Shown piece by piece: positions 57,501-64,000 of a DNA stretch of 64,000 nucleotides (position 1 is the first letter of the stretch; each line of letters starts with the position of its first letter). Both the position numbers and the translations under genes were made by a program. Source of the stretch: Cyanidioschyzon merolae (taxonomy: Eukaryota); NCBI GenBank assembly GCA_000091205.1, contig AP006495.2; one strand, 5' to 3'. Below the pieces are notes generated by a model. It did no database searches. It worked only from the letters and a program-made list of their open reading frames with translations, and was not told the origin of the DNA.

Positions 57501-58218
57501 AACGTCGTCGGAACAAAGTCGAGCAGGATTTTCATCAGACCAGCACCGAAAGAATACAGGGCTATTTAAGAACAATTCCGGGAACTGGTCTTTTGGCAAA
57601 CCGTGGTCGGAATGCCCGCCAGCTGCAAAAGTGTCCCGTGTTGAGGAAAGGATGGCACGCAGAATGCCACTTCGCCTTGACAGTGCGTTGTTTCGTTGTG
57701 CCAGGTGGATGCATTTTATTGGATACCACTGGATATACGACTGTTGTCGGAAGTTGGCCAAAATAATACCCCACTTCTTCTCCAAATATGATAACTTTCA
57801 GGCGCCGGAGACACATCTTCGTATTCCTTATACGGGTTTTACCCAACGACACAGGTTCTCTGGATGTCGAAGCTACACTGGATGCTGCTGGCGACGCCGG
57901 ACGCCCTGTCGCGTTCGTTGCACGTCGACATAATAGGCTACAATCATGTCTTAGGGATGCCCGAAAGACGTTCGCTCTTCGCGCCTCGCTGCGAAGGCCG
58001 TTTCAGCATCAGTGCGGATCGAGTCCGCATTGGTGAAAGGCACGAACAAGTATTGTCCAGTTTTGGCCCAAGCTTTCCCTGCGCTCGATTCCCCGTCGAG
58101 CGGTGGACAGCGAATGCGCGCATACTACGCTCTGAGTGGCCGCAATTTGGAAAACGTGTGTCGCTTCTGCATCGCTGAGTTTCCCTAGTTGCCTTCTTGA
58201 ACAGTTTGAAGTGAATCA

Positions 58219-59097
58219 ATGTGGCTCTACGCATGGTTTGAACGATTTTGGCTCCACTTTACGACGTCTTTCTCGCCGTTCACGCTTCACACTCTCTTTA
58301 CGTTCGCGATTCATGAGTTTGCGTACTGGGGCGTGTACCTGCCGTACGCGCTCATGGACAGAAGCAAGTTTTTCCGCCGCTGGAAGTTGCAGGAAAATAC
58401 TTACGGGTATTCTAGCTCAAGCAAACAGTCACAGAAGCTACCGAAAGAAGACGCGCAGAAGTTTTGGCGCTGTGTATTGTACGTAGCTGCGAACCACGTG
58501 TTCCTTGTGTTGCCGCTGATTCTGGTAACGCACCCATTGTTCGAGAAGCTCGGCACAACGCACGGTTTGCCGCTGCCGTCTCTAAGGGAGTTTATCGTGC
58601 AGATTCTCTTTTGCCTCTTTGTTGAGGATATGTGCTTCTACTGGGGTCATCGCGCGTTACATACTCCTTGGCTTTATCGATACATTCATGCTATTCATCA
58701 CCAGTACACAGCACCGTTCGGTGCGGTCGCGGAATTCGCCCATCCCATCGAAGTTATATTCCTCGGTATGTCCACTGTCGCCGGACCGCTCATTATAGGC
58801 CCGCACCTGCTCACGCTATGGGGCTATCTAATGGTGCGTTGCTGGCAGACGGTAGACTGCCACTCTGGGTACGATCTTCCATGGTCGCTGAATCGATGGT
58901 TTCCGCTGTACGGCGGTGCGCGTCAGCACGACCATCACCATAAGACTTATTCTGGCAATTATGCTTCAATGTTTATCCACATGGACTGGTTATTCGGAAC
59001 TGATAAGGCATGGAGGCTCTCGTTACAGAAGGCGAAAGCGAAACACGTTCGAGCTGTCGCTCAGGAGTTGGCTGTGAGTTTCAGTGCTGAGCGATAA
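58219..59097 (+). CDS. methylsterol monooxygenase / sterol desaturase family (ERG25/SMO-like)
   Basis: HRALHTPWLYRYIHAIHHQYTAPFGAVAEFAHPIEVIFLG matches plant SMO / yeast ERG25 HRxLHxxxLYKxxHxxHHEYxTPFGLxSEYAHPxE. Also HDHHHKTYSGNYAS. ATG start, 292 aa, four TM segments. Confidence 0.85.
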   Translation: MWLYAWFERFWLHFTTSFSPFTLHTLFTFAIHEFAYWGVYLPYALMDRSKFFRRWKLQENTYGYSSSSKQSQKLPKEDAQKFWRCVLYVAANHVFLVLPLILVTHPLFEKLGTTHGLPLPSLREFIVQILFCLFVEDMCFYWGHRALHTPWLYRYIHAIHHQYTAPFGAVAEFAHPIEVIFLGMSTVAGPLIIGPHLLTLWGYLMVRCWQTVDCHSGYDLPWSLNRWFPLYGGARQHDHHHKTYSGNYASMFIHMDWLFGTDKAWRLSLQKAKAKHVRAVAQELAVSFSAER

Positions 59098-62073
59098 CTA
59101 TAGGAGAGCAGACGAGTGATTGGTACGCAAGGCACTCGCATGAATGCGGTTGGAGGTTGGTCTTCTTGTACATTATATTGGAGCGAACAACTCTGCCGAG
59201 GTGACACCAAGCATCAAATATGAAAGTATCACCGATGAGCTTCCGGGCAGATACTGCTGAATCGGAAGATTGCATAAAGTAGGGACTCGTATCCAAGTGC
59301 ACCCAGACAGGTGATCAGCGTTACTGCCCAAGCGCCAACACGACCCAGCAACGAAAGCAGGAGCCCTCATTACGGGCCACTGGGGAAACGAATGTCAGCG
59401 AGGCACCGGTCCGCGCTTTCCAGACGCCTTGCGTGAACAATATCGACGGCATCCATCGCTTCGCGACGAGCGCCGACGTAGGCCCGGTGCGGTTAAGCAT
59501 GCAGCGCGGATACCCAGGGGCCAGCCCAGCACGCGTGATCAGTTCGTAAACTATATCTTTGCACCTGGAAATGTAACGTGCATTTGACCTGAAGTCGATT
59601 TATCGACAGTCTCTGCACCACGCGTCCAATGATCTTCGAATAGTATGCAAACGGAGCTTCTGAGATAGTTCTCCAACGCCAGAGCCTGGAGAGTGGTGCA
59701 TTGGCATTAGAAGCAGGATCGCATTTGCTTGGCTTCGAGAGAGAAGTAGCCGTTTAGCTTCGCTGTTGTGCACAGGTTTGTGTGGTTAAACCTTTCCACG
59801 TAAGAGCGTAGTGTCCAGCAATAAGGTTACGTTTCCTCGCGCAGTCCTAGTGCGGTGGAAGCTGGGGTATCTGCGTGTAAATTAGACACCGAGTTAAGGA
59901 CCCAACAGTCGTATGCGGAGCGCTAGCTTCACCATGCCTCCGCGAAGGCTTTCCGAACCTTTCTTGCACAAAGAATTGTAAGGTTCAGCGTGAACTGTCG
60001 TAAAATGCAGCGATTGGCAGGAAAGCGAAAGCGGTTCACGCTTTGATGTTGTCTGCTGCTCGTCGCCAGAGCAGAGAGCGCTATAATTTGCATTAGCGCG
60101 CACTGACAAACTCTGCTCGAAATATCAAACAAGTATGTGCTCCGGTTTAAGGTACAGCGCTCTGTTGCGAGACGCAAGACGCAAATTATAGGCTGCTTGT
60201 TGCAGCATGGTCACTGAATAGCGCGCTTTGGTGGTGGCCTCCCTCGTGAAAGCCGGCTCTGTTGTACAGGCGCGGCGTCAGTGCATTGGCGTTAGACAGC
60301 GCTCGGGGAGTGTCAGAGTGATATCGAGTGCTCGCCAACGGTTCTCCTCGGATGCATCAAGGTAACTGCATGAGCCAGGCGAAGCGACTTGCACTTCTCG
60401 CTACAGGCTCATACCTAGATCGACTTCTGGGACGCGATGTGGTAGGCGTACGCGACGTACCACAGGTTCGAGAAGGAATCCCGCCAAGCGAGGCACATAT
60501 AGCCACGTCTATCGTGCCGCTGTCGCACCTCAGCCCCATACTTGCAACACTTACAGGTAAGTAAAGATGCAGCCTCCTTCAGCATACCGCGGCGAATTCC
60601 ACCAACGTGCGACAATAATGGAACTGTTTCCGCCAAGCTTGCTCGACATACAAAGTCAATGTTCGGGTCGTTTCCGACTATCATGACCACTAGTCCTCGC
60701 ATGATCTTGCAGCGACTGCTTGATTCTTTCTCTCTTCTTTACGCTCATAAGCACGTCCGTCCCTCAATGCCCTCATGTTTCGTTACCAGCAGCTGAGGAT
60801 GTTCGTCGCAGCTTGCAAGCCCCGATTCCGCTGCTCGCAGCGGTTGTCAACGTATTCCATGCACACGCTGAGGTTGCCATGGACGCTCCGCTTGCCCCAA
60901 GGATCGTCTTGGCCCTCGGCCTCGGCGCACCTCTCGCAGCGGCGACACGTTACTATGGGTAGGTGTTCCCCAGCGTCCGCGATACCTCCTCCAGCTCCGA
61001 ACGCCGCACATTTGCGTACGGAGACTCGCCTCGTCGCGCGGCACACAACCATGACATGTACAGAAGGCTCTTCTCGATGCTATGCGACGTTTTCGCACCC
61101 GGTGCCGTACTCCGTGATCAGGGACTTTGTCTGAACTTTCTCCTCGACATGTGCGTTGGCCGCTGCACGCGCAATCGCACGCTGCCTTGTTCGAGAACTC
61201 ACCAGGTGATACGCGTCACGGCCTTGGTGACGTTCCAAATCGGTTTGCCCCGAGGAGAAGACGTTCGAATGTATCACAAGACTCCTCCACCGTTCTCCGC
61301 TGCTTCCGGCAAAGAGGCGGTTTTGTGCAACCGATGGTGTCCATGGAAGAAAACCAGTGCGGGAAGGAAGGGCCAGGCTGGCGATCGCGTCGAGCGATAC
61401 CGACTCCGCTGCGCTGCGGTTGTTCAAAGCGCTGCCGGAGTCTCGGCTCTGACAGACCACTGCCACGACTCAGGTTCGAGTCCAAGACCGTTTTCCGTGC
61501 AAGCAGAAGAGATGGGAGCCTTGGCGGGCCCCCGCCCAGGGTGGCTGCACGCGGCTGCTATTGAATGCCGTTTCGTCGATGGCGCCAAAGCGAGGACGCT
61601 TTATCTGTTGGACGGGATCGACCTTGTAAGGTGACGAGTGCAGGGAGCTCTCGGCGCGAGCCCGTGGAGAGGCTGACAACAAGCGGCGTCGCATTTCTCC
61701 TTGTCAACCCAGCTGTGCAGAACGCTGCGCCCTCCAGTCGTCCCGAAACACAAAGATGAGATATGTGAAGCACGCGTGATTTGAGCTTTCCATACGTAAG
61801 GACGGAGAAGAGTGGAAGCTGGTTCGTATGAGCTGGCTCGTGATGTCGGTTCCTATACGATGCCGTGCTCGAGGGCGTCGCGAACCATCGTCTTGATTCT
61901 CGTGATGCAACGAGCACTAGCGACAAAAGGTTGGCGGAGCCGCTCCGAAGCGACAACCGAGCATCCAAAACCTGGTCATGAATCCATACGCGCCCATTGC
62001 TACATTTAGGATGTCGAGTCTGTACATGTAGAGAAAGTCCAGGGAGAATCGAAATGTAAACAGAGCAGGTAGG

Positions 62074-62640
62074 TCAGTGTTCTTTTTTGTTATGATACGG
62101 ATATTGGCGGCGTTTCCAGAAAGACTCAGAGACCAAACGTTCAGGCACGCTGGAAACCATCAGTACATGCATCTCATCCCAGAACTTGGCACCTAGGGTG
62201 TGCTGAGGCCCGCCTATTATCTTTCCTTGCAGGTCTGAACCCGCGATCGGCGAACTACTCGGTTTCGGAATGCAGGATACGATTATGCGTGGCGCCAGGT
62301 TGGCATTTTGTCCCGCTCGCGAAAGCACTGTATCCTCCTCGACGAGTTTCGAGCTAGTATCGCACAAATGCTGTCCAATTTCATCCCGAATCTTCATCAA
62401 AAGCGCCATGGTCCCTGGCGAGGCGTCGACCAGCGATTCCTTGGTTCGGTGCAGCGGGCATTGATGAGTGGCGAGCACGCGTGCCCTTCCCTCCCAACAG
62501 GCACGCGTGTAGTTTGCTCGTACGGCGGGTTCGCTGAACACCCAGCGGTACCTTCGAGCAGACTCGAGCTCTGTTTTAAGGACCACGAAGTCTCGGAAAT
62601 GCTTCAATGATACAAATGAAAAAGTTAAAACATTTCGCAA
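62074..62640 (-). CDS. hypothetical protein, possible 2H-phosphoesterase-like (HxT/S motifs); may be one exon of a larger gene
   Basis: 188-aa ORF, but it begins at TTG; the first in-frame ATG leaves only about 110 aa. Motifs HRTK and QHTLGAKF weakly resemble the paired H-x-T-x of LigT/CPDase. Confidence 0.25.
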   Translation of the reverse strand: MRNVLTFSFVSLKHFRDFVVLKTELESARRYRWVFSEPAVRANYTRACWEGRARVLATHQCPLHRTKESLVDASPGTMALLMKIRDEIGQHLCDTSSKLVEEDTVLSRAGQNANLAPRIIVSCIPKPSSSPIAGSDLQGKIIGGPQHTLGAKFWDEMHVLMVSSVPERLVSESFWKRRQYPYHNKKEH

Positions 62641-63142
62641 CCATGATCAGTTACTTGCCCGAAGCGGCCTTGCTGGGAAAGGGAAAGCACGTCGATTTGG
62701 AAGCGGTTCCACTCGGTACGACATTCGCAGAAACCAGCGCTGTCTCGAAACGATGCCGCTGATGAACACTGCGTTCTATTGGCCGCATTCGTTCATGTCA
62801 TCGAGGCGCAGCTCTTCTTTTCCCAAGCAGATCGTAGGAACGCTATGAGTAGTCCAGTGCGTTACTCTCACGCTGGAATCCTCAGCAACCGTTGCTGCAT
62901 TCAAGTCACTGGTGTGCGCCGATCGTTAGTACTTCATCTATATGAAACCTAGCACACAAGCAAAATGCAGCACTACGAGGAACGAACATAACGCAAAACG
63001 CTCCACGAAATCCTTGGGTCGCGCAGCACCGACAAACGCTAGCTGCTCGCGCCCGACTCATGTCAGTAGCGCGACTCGCGTTCGCGTGCCCTGTTCTAAG
63101 CCATGCTCCTGAGACAGAACGACGTTGCTTCACCATGAGCCC

Positions 63143-64000
63143 TCATGATTTTTCATTTGTTCCTGAGAAAACAAAACCCGCAGAGTATCCGACTGCAAGG
63201 GTTCCCAGAATCACGGACAGCGAGATTGTCGTGCTAGCCTCGTACCCAAAGTATCCCAAGGCTAGTTTGGACCCAATGAAACCCAGTACCACAGCTAGGG
63301 TCTGTTCAATGTATCGGAAATTGCGGATGGCTTCCTGTATCACAAAGTACCAGCTTCTCAGGCCCACAATCGCCATCAAATTCGAAACATACACAACAAG
63401 CGGATCCCGTGAGATACCCAGGCACGCAGGTACCGAGTCCAGGGCGAATATGACATCCGTTAGCTCAACGCAGACCAGAACCAGCAAGAGCGGTGTCGCA
63501 GTGGTGGCACCATTCTTCAAACTAGTAAAAAATCGATCACCATCGTAGTCGTCTGAAACTGGAAGCAGTGCGGTCACTGCGCGGACGATGAAATTCTCGC
63601 GAATGCCCTCCTCGTTAGATTCATCGTCGGCCTCGGAGTCCTGGAAGCTGGACCAGAGCATACGTCCCGAAGAAATGAGCAAAATTGCAGCAAAAACGAG
63701 ACTGATTGTCCGAAAACGCTCCATCAGCGCAACACCTGTGAACACGAATATCGCTCGAAACACGGCCGCTCCGAGAATTCCATAGCTTAGAACTTTCTCC
63801 TGCAGGTTTTTCGGTACACGGAAGAAACGAAACAAGAGTAGAAATACGAACAGATTGTCGACTGATAGACTTTGTTCGACAACATATGCTGCCACGTATT
63901 CCATTCCTCGATCAGTGCCCTTCGTTCCGAAAAAAATGAGGCCAACAAGCAGACCTGCTGCCACAGAGATCGCGGTGCGCTGACGATCCCAGCTGGTCAC
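63143..64000 (-). CDS. TerC-family integral membrane protein (partial; N-terminus lies beyond the window end)
   Basis: EYVAAYVVEQSLSVDNLFVFLLLFRFFRVP carries the TerC E-x-SLSVDN motif. A second repeat is FALDSVPACLGISRDPLVVYVSNLMAIVGLR. Seven or more TM helices. The ORF runs to the window edge. Confidence 0.8.
   Translation of the reverse strand: MTSWDRQRTAISVAAGLLVGLIFFGTKGTDRGMEYVAAYVVEQSLSVDNLFVFLLLFRFFRVPKNLQEKVLSYGILGAAVFRAIFVFTGVALMERFRTISLVFAAILLISSGRMLWSSFQDSEADDESNEEGIRENFIVRAVTALLPVSDDYDGDRFFTSLKNGATTATPLLLVLVCVELTDVIFALDSVPACLGISRDPLVVYVSNLMAIVGLRSWYFVIQEAIRNFRYIEQTLAVVLGFIGSKLALGYFGYEASTTISLSVILGTLAVGYSAGFVFSGTNEKS

Noticed and set aside
1-64000. Prokaryotic or defence-island reading of the window, prompted by an ORF track that reports many GTG/TTG-initiated ORFs on both strands
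   Set aside because: The long ORFs encode unambiguously eukaryotic proteins (type IB topoisomerase, HECT ligase, P5A-ATPase, NDUFA9, eukaryote-type LysRS). There are no operon-like same-strand runs with RBS spacing. The alternative starts are an artefact of the ORF caller, so starts were re-anchored to ATG. No CRISPR repeats, restriction-modification or toxin-antitoxin architecture are visible.

Overview
This window reads as eukaryotic nuclear DNA with about 50% GC. It is intron-poor and locally very compact. The protein genes are carried on long uninterrupted ORFs: type IB DNA topoisomerase I, a P5A-type ATPase, an IQ+HECT ubiquitin ligase, class II lysyl-tRNA synthetase, NDUFA9, farnesyl-diphosphate synthase, gamma-glutamyltranspeptidase, a Lag1-type ceramide synthase, a methylsterol oxidase and a PHO88/SND3 homologue, among others. 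A nuclear Mg-chelatase ChlD gene with a presequence, and a TerC gene, point to a photosynthetic eukaryote; the compact, almost intron-free genes suggest an alga, but that is a guess. I call about 18 protein genes.

Between the genes lie 2-5 kb ORF-poor blocks that hold decayed mobile-element material:
- four stop- or frameshift-interrupted TnpB/Fanzor-like (RuvC) relics;
- a Tc1/IS630-type DDE relic;
- a pair of 772-bp direct repeats that are 99% identical to each other and 20.5 kb apart;
- a diverged ~1.3-kb dispersed element in two full and two partial copies that carries a conserved long-range stem.

The supplied ORF track allows GTG/TTG starts, so I re-anchored every CDS to the first in-frame ATG. 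I found no CRISPR array, no rRNA and no convincing tRNA. The most system-like novelty is the cluster of RNA-guided-nuclease (Fanzor/TnpB) relics. Two further points of interest are an AlkB-type alkane-hydroxylase-like gene sitting in a eukaryotic context and a 52-bp head-to-head FPPS/ChlD gene pair.
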